Shown: positions 1-8,027, numbered from the stretch's first letter. The stretch: DNA of 18,562 nt from Candidatus Sumerlaeia bacterium (GCA_038208905.1 JBBQYG010000070.1:1-18562); one strand, 5' to 3'. Notes: generated by a model not told the origin, from the sequence alone. A program made the numbers and translations.

Positions 1-135
1 GGCGACGGCGGCAAAGCCCTTCGCCAGAAACAGGCGCGCCGCCGCCGTGACGATGGCTTCGCGGGTGGCGGCGGGATTCCGGCGGCGGCGAAAATCGGCA
101 AGGGAACGCTTGGCGGCGGGAGCGGGGGTGGGCAT
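1..135 (-). CDS. TetR/AcrR-family transcriptional regulator, N-terminal part (runs off the left edge; not in the supplied ORF track)
   Basis: Manual translation from ATG at 135: MPTPAPAAKRSLADFRRRRNPAATREAIVTAAARLFLAKGFAAVA. The stretch 'TREAIVTAAARLFLAKGF' matches TetR helix 1 (TRxxIlxAAxxLFxxxGF). GGAG lies 9 nt upstream of the ATG. Confidence 0.88.
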   Translation of the reverse strand, partial: MPTPAPAAKRSLADFRRRRNPAATREAIVTAAARLFLAKGFAAVA

Positions 136-189
136 CGGGAGCGGCTCCAGAGCATGAATTAGTACGATCTTCTTCGGAACCTCCACAGA

Positions 190-207
190 GTCGACCGATC
201 AGTCAAC
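190..207. promoter_or_regulatory. Imperfect palindrome, putative TetR-type operator overlapping a -35-like TTGACT on the minus strand
   Basis: GTCGACCGATCAGTCAAC matches its reverse complement at 14/18 positions. It lies 55 nt upstream of the TetR start in the divergent intergenic region. Confidence 0.5.
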
Positions 208-379
208 AGGAAACGCAAGAAATTGAGAAAAGCTGGGGGGAACTGGGCCCGGATCGCCACGATACCGCCATGCCGACCTAATCTCCCATCTCCGGCAATT
301 CTGGTTGGCGGGGGGGGCGATACGGTCCACCGTACCACGCTGACTTTTCCCACTTTGCGTTCATTCCTGGAGGCTCCCC

Positions 380-1603
380 ATGCTCACCACACCCAACCGC
401 CGCATCGGCGACGTCCTCCGCCAGTGCGGCATGGTTACGGAGGAGCAGTTGGATCAGGCCCACGCCCTCGCGTCGCGCGAGGGCGTCCGCATCGGCGAGG
501 CGTTGGTCCTTATGGGTGTGCTCGACCGCGACCGGCTGACTTGGGCGCTGGGGGTCCAGTTCGATCTCTCCTATGTGGATCTGGACATGGAGATGATCGA
601 TTGGGCTTTCGTGCGGCGCTTTCGCCTCGCGCGTCTTCGCGAACTGCGGTTGCTGCCGATGTCCTTTGCGGGCGGGGTGGTGCATGCGGTGGTGGCCGAT
701 CCCACGCGCGCGCAGCTCGACGTGGTGGCGGAGGAGCTTTTCCCCGGACGCGAACTCGTGGTCCAGCTCGCAGAGGAGGGCGAAATCCTAGCCATGCTCG
801 ACGAGGCCAAGCGTCAGGAACAGACCCCGCGCGACGCATTTGCCCCGATGCCCGGAACCGACGACGCGGCCGCTTGGCTGGCCGCGTGTATAGACACGCT
901 GGGCGGGGGAGACGCCCGCAATTCCCTCGTGGTTCTTCAGCAGGATCCCTATCGTCAGGATCGATTTCGCGTCGTGCGGCCCGCCATCGATCCTCCCGCC
1001 GCGCCCATCGGCGAGGCGCTGATTGGCGCAATCATCGAATTGATCCCTTCGCGATTCACCGAGGAGTTCCCAATCCCAGGCGGCTTCGCCGGACTTTGCC
1101 CGGAGATGCTCGACGAAGAGGGCGGAATCCAGCGCGGAGCCGTCCGCGTCACCTCGCTGCACGGTACGGCGGGGCGGACGATCATAATCGAGCGGGTCCC
1201 CGACGCGCCCCGCGAGGCAAGAGCGATGCTTGGCGTCGTCCTGCGCACGGCGGACACGGTCCGCTCAAAGGCATCGCTGGCCCGGCTGCGCGGGGTATTC
1301 TTCGAGGCGCACTCGGATTTTCTTCTGTGCCGCGGGGCTCGTCAGTTTTCCTCTCCGGATCCAGCGCTGCGTGCTGCGATTTGCCGCCGCGTTGCGCGCG
1401 CCCTCGCCGCGCCGTGGATTGTGTGGGAGGCGCTGACGCCCGCCGAGGCCGATCTCGCGCCGCTGGGCATCGTGGATCGACTCGTGGTTGTCCGGCATGA
1501 TCCCCATGCCGCCGGGGACTTGCTGGAACCACACGGCGAATGCCCCGCCGCCACGCTGGATGAACTTGCGGCAGCGCTCGGGGAGGACTCCCATGTACGT
1601 TGA
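380..1603 (+). CDS. MshEN (GspE/PilB N-terminal) domain protein with a degenerate PilB-like ATPase region, 407 aa
   Basis: Tandem MshEN motifs RIGDVLRQCGMVTEEQLDQAHALA-SREGV-RIGEALVLMGVLDRDRLTWALGVQ, followed by GspE_N-like 'LLP...VVADP'. No GxxGxGKT/S motif. SD GGAGG at 369-373. The stop overlaps the pilT start. Confidence 0.85.
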   Translation: MLTTPNRRIGDVLRQCGMVTEEQLDQAHALASREGVRIGEALVLMGVLDRDRLTWALGVQFDLSYVDLDMEMIDWAFVRRFRLARLRELRLLPMSFAGGVVHAVVADPTRAQLDVVAEELFPGRELVVQLAEEGEILAMLDEAKRQEQTPRDAFAPMPGTDDAAAWLAACIDTLGGGDARNSLVVLQQDPYRQDRFRVVRPAIDPPAAPIGEALIGAIIELIPSRFTEEFPIPGGFAGLCPEMLDEEGGIQRGAVRVTSLHGTAGRTIIIERVPDAPREARAMLGVVLRTADTVRSKASLARLRGVFFEAHSDFLLCRGARQFSSPDPALRAAICRRVARALAAPWIVWEALTPAEADLAPLGIVDRLVVVRHDPHAAGDLLEPHGECPAATLDELAAALGEDSHVR

Positions 1604-2906
1604 TCCCTTCAAGTCCAACGTCATCGACCTTCCAGAGGAGAAGGACCTCGCGTCGATCCTCCTGCGCGCCGTGGAGCTCGGCGTCTCTGATATACATCTA
1701 TCCGCTGGCGACCCGCCGATGTTTCGCCTGCACGGGTCCATCACGCCAACGAACATGGAGAAGCTCGACCGCGAGTCGCTGCACAACATGCTCTATGACT
1801 TGCTCGACGATTATCAGCGCAAAACCCTGGAGCGGGACAAGGAGCTCGACTTCGCGCTACAATTCGGCAAGCTCGCCCGCTTCCGCGTGAACTGCTTCTA
1901 CAACCAGCGCGGAGAAGGCGCCGTCTTCCGGGTGATTCCCTCCGTCATCAAGAGCTTCGACGAGCTGGGCCTTCCTCCGATTCTCAAGACCATCGCCGAA
2001 AAGCCGCGCGGCATGGTGCTCGTCACGGGACCCACGGGCTCCGGCAAGACGACGACGCTGGCCACGATGGTGGACTACGTGAACAACACGCGCGAGGACC
2101 ACATCCTCACCATCGAGGACCCCATCGAGTTCGTCCACCAGCACAAGAAGTGCATCGTGAACCAGCGTGAGGTCGGCCCCAATACCAAGAGCTTCTCCAA
2201 CGCGCTGCGCGCCGCGCTCCGCGAAGACCCCGACGTGATTCTGGTGGGCGAGATGCGCGACCTCGAAACGATCCAGCTCGCCCTCACCGCGGCGGAAACC
2301 GGCCACCTCGTCTTCGGCACCTTGCACACGCAGTCCGCGCCCAAGACCTGCGACCGCATCATCGACGTGTTTCCGCCCCAGCAGCAGGGTCTCGTGCGGG
2401 CTATGTTCGCAGAGTCGTTTCAGGCGATTGTCTGCCAGGCGCTCCTCAAGAAGGCATCGGGGAAGGGCCGCGTCGCCGCGCTGGAGATCATGCTCGGCAC
2501 CGCGGCCACGAGATCGCTGATCCGCGAGGCCAAGACCCACCAGCTTCCCACGATCATCCAGACCAGCCAGAAGCACGGGATGCAGTCGCTCGACCAGAAC
2601 TTGAGGGACTTGCTCATGCGCGGCATCATCACCAAGAAGGACGCCATGACCAAGGCCAACAACCCCGAGTACATCGTCCGCAACGCCGAGGGCGATCTGG
2701 AGGAGAAGGCGGGAGTCCAACAGGCCGCGCCATTCAACCCCAATCGCCAGCGGGTCTCCACGGCGATGCCCACGATGCCGTGGGCGCCGCCCTCCGCCGC
2801 CGTGCCAAATGCGCCGGGTCCGCCGCCGCCTGCTGTTCCCGACTCCTCCGCATCGTCAACGTCGGTGCCCAAGCCGTCGTCATTCCCTTTCCTCCACAAG
2901 AAATAA
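1593..2906 (+). CDS. pilT: Type IV pilus retraction ATPase PilT, 437 aa
   Basis: SDIHL, Walker A GPTGSGKTTT, Asp box TIEDPIEF, LREDPDVILVGEMRD, His box GHLVFGTLH, AIRNLIRE-like ATRSLIRE. Start placed at ATG 1593 (SD GGAGG 1582-1586) rather than 1488. Confidence 0.95.
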   Translation: MYVDPFKSNVIDLPEEKDLASILLRAVELGVSDIHLSAGDPPMFRLHGSITPTNMEKLDRESLHNMLYDLLDDYQRKTLERDKELDFALQFGKLARFRVNCFYNQRGEGAVFRVIPSVIKSFDELGLPPILKTIAEKPRGMVLVTGPTGSGKTTTLATMVDYVNNTREDHILTIEDPIEFVHQHKKCIVNQREVGPNTKSFSNALRAALREDPDVILVGEMRDLETIQLALTAAETGHLVFGTLHTQSAPKTCDRIIDVFPPQQQGLVRAMFAESFQAIVCQALLKKASGKGRVAALEIMLGTAATRSLIREAKTHQLPTIIQTSQKHGMQSLDQNLRDLLMRGIITKKDAMTKANNPEYIVRNAEGDLEEKAGVQQAAPFNPNRQRVSTAMPTMPWAPPSAAVPNAPGPPPPAVPDSSASSTSVPKPSSFPFLHKK

Positions 2907-2924
2907 CCCGGGAGCCCCACCGCA

Positions 2925-4016
2925 ATGTCCCAAGCCCACAAGCCTCCCGTCCCCCTGCGCGACATGTTGCAGGCCATGATCACCCAGGATGCGTCCGACC
3001 TCTACCTCGCGGCAAAGGCGAAGCCCAAGTTCTCCCTTCAGGGAAACTTTGTGGACGCGGCGGAGGCGGAACTGACGGAGGAAGACACGTCATCCTATGC
3101 GCAGGAGCTAATGTCGCCCGACCAGAAGGAGGAGTTCCGCCGGGAGATGGAAGTGAACCTCGCCTTCGCCACCGGCGAGGAAGGGCGATTCCGCGTCAAT
3201 ATCTTCACCCAGCGCGGCTCCGTCGCGATCGTCATCCGCCGCATCAAGGTGACGATCCCAAAGCTGGAGGAACTCGGCCTGCCGCCGCTTCTCGGCGAAC
3301 TCATCATGCAGGACCGCGGACTCCTTCTGATGACGGGCGCCACGGGCTCGGGCAAGTCCACCACGCTGGCCGCGATGATCGACTACCGCAACGAACGACT
3401 GGGCGGCCACATCGTCACCATCGAGGACCCCATCGAGTTCGTCCACCCCAACAAGGTGGCCCTCGTCAACCAGCGCGAGGTCGGCATCGACACCAAGTCG
3501 TTCCACATCGCCCTCAAGAACACGCTGCGCCAGGCGCCCAAGATCATCTACATTGGCGAGATTCGCGACACCGACACGATGACCTTTGCGCTTCACGCCA
3601 GCGAGACCGGCCATCTGGTGCTGGGCACCCTCCACAGCAACAACGCCAACCAGACTCTGGAGCGCATCATGAACTTCTTCCCCCACGAGTACCATCCGCA
3701 GTTGCTGCTTCAGCTTTCGCTGAACCTGCGCGCTGTGCTCAGCCAGCGGCTCCTGCGCAAGATCGGCGGCGGGCGCGCCCCCGCGCTGGAGATCCTCCTC
3801 AACACGCCGTATATCGCCGAGCTCATCACCAAGGGCGACATCCAGGCCATCAAGGCCACCATGATGGCGTCAAAGGCGGAGGGCCTTCAGACCTTCGACC
3901 AGGACATCCACCGCCTGTGGAAGGCCAAGGTCGTGACCGAAGAAGAGGCGTTCCGATCCGCAGACAGCGCCAACAACCTGCGCCTGCGAATGCGCGGGAT
4001 CGGCATGGGGGATTGA
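2925..4016 (+). CDS. pilU: PilT/PilU-family retraction ATPase, PilU-like, 363 aa
   Basis: GATGSGKSTT, TIEDPIEF, LRQAPKIIYIGEIRD, GHLVLGTLHSNNANQTLERIMNFFP (the ANQxxxRIxNFFP pattern is PilU-typical). No AIRNLIRE motif. It follows pilT after an 18-nt gap, with GGAG upstream. Confidence 0.88.
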   Translation: MSQAHKPPVPLRDMLQAMITQDASDLYLAAKAKPKFSLQGNFVDAAEAELTEEDTSSYAQELMSPDQKEEFRREMEVNLAFATGEEGRFRVNIFTQRGSVAIVIRRIKVTIPKLEELGLPPLLGELIMQDRGLLLMTGATGSGKSTTLAAMIDYRNERLGGHIVTIEDPIEFVHPNKVALVNQREVGIDTKSFHIALKNTLRQAPKIIYIGEIRDTDTMTFALHASETGHLVLGTLHSNNANQTLERIMNFFPHEYHPQLLLQLSLNLRAVLSQRLLRKIGGGRAPALEILLNTPYIAELITKGDIQAIKATMMASKAEGLQTFDQDIHRLWKAKVVTEEEAFRSADSANNLRLRMRGIGMGD

Positions 4017-4029
4017 GTCGTTGTCGCCG

Positions 4030-4634
4030 CTATTGCGGCGGCGGCGTTTCGCGCGATCCCGTCAGGAAGTGCATCGAGGACTGGCCCACGGACTCGTAGA
4101 AGCTGCCGGAGCGGTCGCGGAATATCTCAAATGGCTCATTCGGCGACGCGATGAACGGCCTCAGCACCCATGCGAGCTGTGTTCCCACAAACGCATACAG
4201 GATCAGCCACGCAACACGCAGGTAGATCGGCGTGCTGGCACCGCGTCGTCTGGAGATACGGCTGAGCATCGACATGAGGAAGTCCAGGCTGCTGGCCCCC
4301 GCATAGACGAAGAAGACCACGTGGAGCAGCTTGATGAAGTGATAGCTCGTCGTCGTCAGCGAGAAGAAGAACGCCACCGTCGCGAGGCTGGCGATCAGCG
4401 TGGAGTCCATCGCCACCGCGCCCAGCATCGCGCAGCCCTACTGTAGAAATGACAGACGAGCGCCGGAGAAGGCGTTGGACACATAGATCGGCGGAAAGAC
4501 GATCACGAGCGTGAGGAGAAACAGCAGCGGCACCTTCCCCGCCGTGATCGGGATCAGGGCCAGCATCTGCCAAGTCTTGCCGGAAGCGCCTAGGCAACGG
4601 AGGACAGAACTGATTTGAGTGATTCACCAGCCAT
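4030..4634 (-). pseudogene. Disrupted integral membrane protein gene (family with KxPLLFLLTL...P..Y and WLILYAFVGxQLxWxLRPF motifs)
   Basis: The 4030..4428 ORF continues upstream in the same frame through a TAG at 4438-4440 into hydrophobic, protein-like sequence (LGASGKTWQMLALIPITAGKVPLLFLLTLVIVFPPIYVSNAFSGARLSFLQ*GCAML). An ATG at 4634 preceded by AAGGAGG opens only a 14-codon ORF in another frame. Confidence 0.7.
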
Positions 4635-4711
4635 CCCTTTCGATCCCCTCCTTCCAGCCGACTTGTTGACACGGGAAAGGATCGCCCGCACAGGAAACGT
4701 CCCCGCTTGGG

Positions 4712-5680
4712 CTACTTGCTGGCCGTCTTTCCTGACCGAAAGAAGAACACTTCGAACGGGAATTTGTAGTCTGGCACGGCGGGATCGAAAGGCTGCATCA
4801 GCGCGCGCAATTCCGCCATCGGGAGTTCAAGGAGCCGCGCGCGGTCGCGCTCGATCAATGCGCCCACGGCGGGCGTCAGCAGGTAGGGCTCAAAGCCCAG
4901 CGCAGCAGTCTCCTTGATGGCACGGTGGATGTCTTCGCGGTCCAGCACCATCGGGTGGAACTCGACAAAGAGATTCGCGACGCGGCCGGAGGCGATGGTC
5001 TGCGAGAGACCCTTGAGCACTTCCAGTTCGTGCCCCTCCACGTCGATCTTGATCAAGCGAATCGCGTCGAGGCCACGCGCCGCGAGGTCGCCGTCCAGCG
5101 GTACCGCCTGCACGATGTGATCGCCAGTGTCGGAAATGCGCGCCCATCCGGAGTTGGGTGCGTTGCCGGGGATGGATAGGCGCAGTTCCGCGTGGACCGA
5201 GGATGCAGCCACCGGACGGATGGTCCAATTGCCGTGCTTGCCGTGGAGCCGCGTGCCCTCAAGATCGAGCAAGTTGGCGGGATTGATTTCATAGAGCACC
5301 GAGGGAACCCGGCCACCCGTCGCCGCCGAGGCAACCACCGCGAAGTATCCCTTGTTGGCGCCCACATCGACAAAGGCGCCCGCGCCCTCGTTGACGGCGG
5401 CCGCGACAACGGCGGTTACCTCCGGCTCGAACGCCTCCCACAGGAAAATGCCCATCGAGATTCCCGTGTCGGCGTATTCGATCGCGAACGGCTCCTTCCG
5501 GAAGTTTCCCAGAAAGTGGGCGGGGGATCCGACAAGCCGATGCGCCATCCCAAACAGGAAGTGCCGCCCCCGGGGGAGCAACCTCACGACGCGCGCCGTC
5601 ACGCGGAGTAGGGCTCCCCGCCACCCCGCGACGATTGAGGAAGTGTCGATAGCTGCCGGGCTGCCTGCTTCGCTGTTCAT
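4712..5680 (-). CDS. FkbM-family SAM-dependent methyltransferase
   Basis: FVDVGANKGYFA (motif I), YEINP, LIKIDVEGHELEVLKG, LFVEFHP. The exact start codon is uncertain. Confidence 0.9.
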   Translation of the reverse strand: MNSEAGSPAAIDTSSIVAGWRGALLRVTARVVRLLPRGRHFLFGMAHRLVGSPAHFLGNFRKEPFAIEYADTGISMGIFLWEAFEPEVTAVVAAAVNEGAGAFVDVGANKGYFAVVASAATGGRVPSVLYEINPANLLDLEGTRLHGKHGNWTIRPVAASSVHAELRLSIPGNAPNSGWARISDTGDHIVQAVPLDGDLAARGLDAIRLIKIDVEGHELEVLKGLSQTIASGRVANLFVEFHPMVLDREDIHRAIKETAALGFEPYLLTPAVGALIERDRARLLELPMAELRALMQPFDPAVPDYKFPFEVFFFRSGKTASK

Positions 5681-5828
5681 CCCTTGCCTCCATTGGCCCG
5701 GGCATCCAAGGCCACGGCGATATAGCGGTCAACCAAGGATTCCCGGCGCTCAACAATCTCCTTTCCCACGCGTTGGAGTCGGATTTTCACTCGCGCTCAC
5801 GTTCGGAAAGGCGGAAGGAACTGCAATC

Positions 5829-6593
5829 ATGGGCGATACCCTGAGGGCGCGCGTTCGGCGTCGCGAGAAGATATTCGGAAGCTGGCTCAACCTTGGTTCC
5901 AGCATCACGGCGGAGATCGCCGCACATGCGGGCTTCGATTGGCTGCTGTTGGACGGCGAGCATGGCTTCAGCGACTACAACACGCTGCTGCACCAGTTGC
6001 AGGCCATCGGCGGCAGTCCCACCGCGCCCATCGTGCGCCTGCCCTGGAATGATCAGGCCTTCATGAAACGAGTGCTCGATCTGGGACCCGCCGGCATCAT
6101 GATCCCCATGGTGAACACGGCCGTCGAGGCCGAGGCGGCGGCGCGAGCCTTCCTCTATCCGCCCGATGGCACACGCGGGCTGGCAAAGCTAACGCGCTCC
6201 AGCGGCTACCTCGCTAACTTCCCCAGCTATTTCGCCACCGAATCCCGCGACTTGATCCTGATTTGCCAGATCGAAACGCCCGAGGCTGTCGCCAACATCG
6301 ACGCCATCGCAGCGGTCGAGCGCGTGGACGTGCTGTTTGTGGGGCCGACGGATCTCTCGGTGAATCTGGGGTTACTGGACAAGACAGAGGATCCGCGATT
6401 TCAGGACGCCCTGCGCAAGGTCGTCGATGCCGCCAAGAGCCACGGCAAGGCCGCGGGTGTCCTCACAACTTCCTCCGAAATCGCTCGCGACTACCTGAAC
6501 CTCGGCTTCACGTTCGTGGCCACCTCGTCGGACATGCTGGTGGCGACGCTCGGAATGCGCGCCGTGGCGAAGGAACTCAACGCGCTCCGCTGA
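5829..6593 (+). CDS. HpcH/HpaI-family class II aldolase (GarL/RhmA-like), 254 aa
   Basis: GFDWLLLDGEHG, IVRLPWN, LDLGPAGIMIPMV, YPPDGTRG, QIET, FVGPTDLS. Start placed at ATG 5829 (AAGGA at 5815-5819); the upstream extension to 5352 overlaps the methyltransferase antisense. Substrate cannot be determined from sequence. Confidence 0.92.
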   Translation: MGDTLRARVRRREKIFGSWLNLGSSITAEIAAHAGFDWLLLDGEHGFSDYNTLLHQLQAIGGSPTAPIVRLPWNDQAFMKRVLDLGPAGIMIPMVNTAVEAEAAARAFLYPPDGTRGLAKLTRSSGYLANFPSYFATESRDLILICQIETPEAVANIDAIAAVERVDVLFVGPTDLSVNLGLLDKTEDPRFQDALRKVVDAAKSHGKAAGVLTTSSEIARDYLNLGFTFVATSSDMLVATLGMRAVAKELNALR

Positions 6594-8027
6594 TCACAGC
6601 CGCCCCGGCACATAATCCCGATGCGCGTGAGGCCGTGGATACAGGCGCTCCATCTCTCCCGCCGCGAGGCGCTTCTGATACTCGCGCCACGTGATCTTGG
6701 GCATGTCGGTGCGGACTTCCTCGACCATCTCGATACAGTGGGAGACAGGGCAAACCAGGCTGCACAGGTTGCAACCCACGCACGTCTCCTCGTTCACCTT
6801 ATAGACATTCACTGTACCGCCGCCGAGGCCGGGAAGCGTGCGGACGCCTCCACTCTCCTCGAACTTCTTGCGCGAGCCATTCTCCAGCGTGGCCCCGTGG
6901 ACGGCGATAAACTCCGAGATCGGAGTTGGGAAGATGTCGATCGACTGGTGGGCGCCGTCCTCGCAGGCGATATAGCACAGGCCGCAGTGGATGCACTTAT
7001 CCTCGTCGATGCGCGCGATCACCTGATAGCTCATGTCCAGATCGTTCCAGTTTCCGATGCGCTGGACGCTGGCGCCGATGAAGTCGTCCAGCGAGGTGAA
7101 GCCCTTCTCGATCATCCACGTCTCCAGGCCGGAGAGCATCGTCTCCACAACGCGAAAGCCATAGTGCATCGCCGCCGTGCACACTTGGACGCTGCTGGAG
7201 CCTAGGAGCATGAACTCGACGCCGTCCTGCCATTGCTGAACACCGCCGATGCCGGATATCGGGATGGCGATCTCTGGATCGGCGGCGATGGACTGGACCA
7301 TGTTGAGCGCGATCGGCTTCACCGCCGGGCCGCAATAGCCGCCGTGGGATCCCCGCCCGTTGACGTGGGGGCGCGGATTGAAAGTGTCGAGATCGACGCC
7401 CACGATCGAGTTGATCGTGTTGATGAGCGACAGCCCGTCGGCGCCACCTCGCTTCGCAGCGCGACCCACGGGGCGAACGTCGGTGATGTTGGGCGTTAGC
7501 TTCACCAGAACCGGAGTCCGCGCCACTTCCTTCACCCACGTTGTGATCATCTCCGCATACTCGGGAACCTGCCCGACGGCGGAACCCATCCCGCGCTCGC
7601 TCATGCCGTGGGGACAGCCGAAGTTGAGCTCCAGGCCGTCGGAGCCAGCGTCCTCCGCGCGCTTCACGATGTCGTGCCACGCCTCGCGATTGCTCTCCAC
7701 CATCAGCGACGCGATCACCGCGTGCTTGGGAAACAGGCGCTTCACCTCGGTGATTTCGCGGAGGTTGTCCTCCAGCGGCCGATCGGTGATGAGTTCGATA
7801 TTGTTGAAGCCGATCATCTTGCGCCCGTCGTGATCGAGGGCTCCATAGCGCGACGACACGTTGACAATGGGGTCATGGGTGAGAGTCTTCCACACCGCCC
7901 CGCCCCAGCCCGCCTCGAAGGCGCGGCAGATCTGATAGCCCGTGTTGGTGGGCGGGCCACTGGCGAGCCAGAATGGATTCGGCGACTTGATCCCGCCAGT
8001 ATTGGAGGAAAGGTCGGGGCTCTTCAT
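6594..8027 (-). CDS. preA: Dihydropyrimidine dehydrogenase, FMN/Fe-S subunit
   Basis: NPFWLASGPPT, catalytic loop LELNFGCPHGMSERGMGSAVGQ, KLTPN, HGGYCGPAVKPIAL, and two ferredoxin motifs CIHCGLCYIAC and CVGCNLCSLVCP. Overlaps preT by 4 nt (ATGA). Confidence 0.95.
   Translation of the reverse strand: MKSPDLSSNTGGIKSPNPFWLASGPPTNTGYQICRAFEAGWGGAVWKTLTHDPIVNVSSRYGALDHDGRKMIGFNNIELITDRPLEDNLREITEVKRLFPKHAVIASLMVESNREAWHDIVKRAEDAGSDGLELNFGCPHGMSERGMGSAVGQVPEYAEMITTWVKEVARTPVLVKLTPNITDVRPVGRAAKRGGADGLSLINTINSIVGVDLDTFNPRPHVNGRGSHGGYCGPAVKPIALNMVQSIAADPEIAIPISGIGGVQQWQDGVEFMLLGSSSVQVCTAAMHYGFRVVETMLSGLETWMIEKGFTSLDDFIGASVQRIGNWNDLDMSYQVIARIDEDKCIHCGLCYIACEDGAHQSIDIFPTPISEFIAVHGATLENGSRKKFEESGGVRTLPGLGGGTVNVYKVNEETCVGCNLCSLVCPVSHCIEMVEEVRTDMPKITWREYQKRLAAGEMERLYPRPHAHRDYVPGRL

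Noticed and set aside
136-379. c-di-GMP riboswitch upstream of the pilus operon
   Set aside because: I could not find the class I or II core motifs by eye. An Infernal/Rfam scan would settle it.
223-4099. Long alternative-frame ORFs 223..1500 and 2780..4099, and similar ones such as 12311..13663
   Set aside because: These are Arg/Gly/Pro-rich off-frame readings of real genes with no recognisable domains.
4438-4440. Amber read-through (pyrrolysine or recoded TAG)
   Set aside because: TAG is the true stop of several genes here (methyltransferase, hydA, VanZ-like, DksA-like). The gene also has a second lesion, and no pyl genes are in view.
5829-6593. Aldolase as part of the pyrimidine pathway
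   Set aside because: It is on the opposite strand, and the reductive route has no aldol step.
6910-6927. Inverted repeat AACTCCG-AGAT-CGGAGTT inside preA
   Set aside because: A single 7-8-bp stem in coding sequence is expected by chance in a window of this size.
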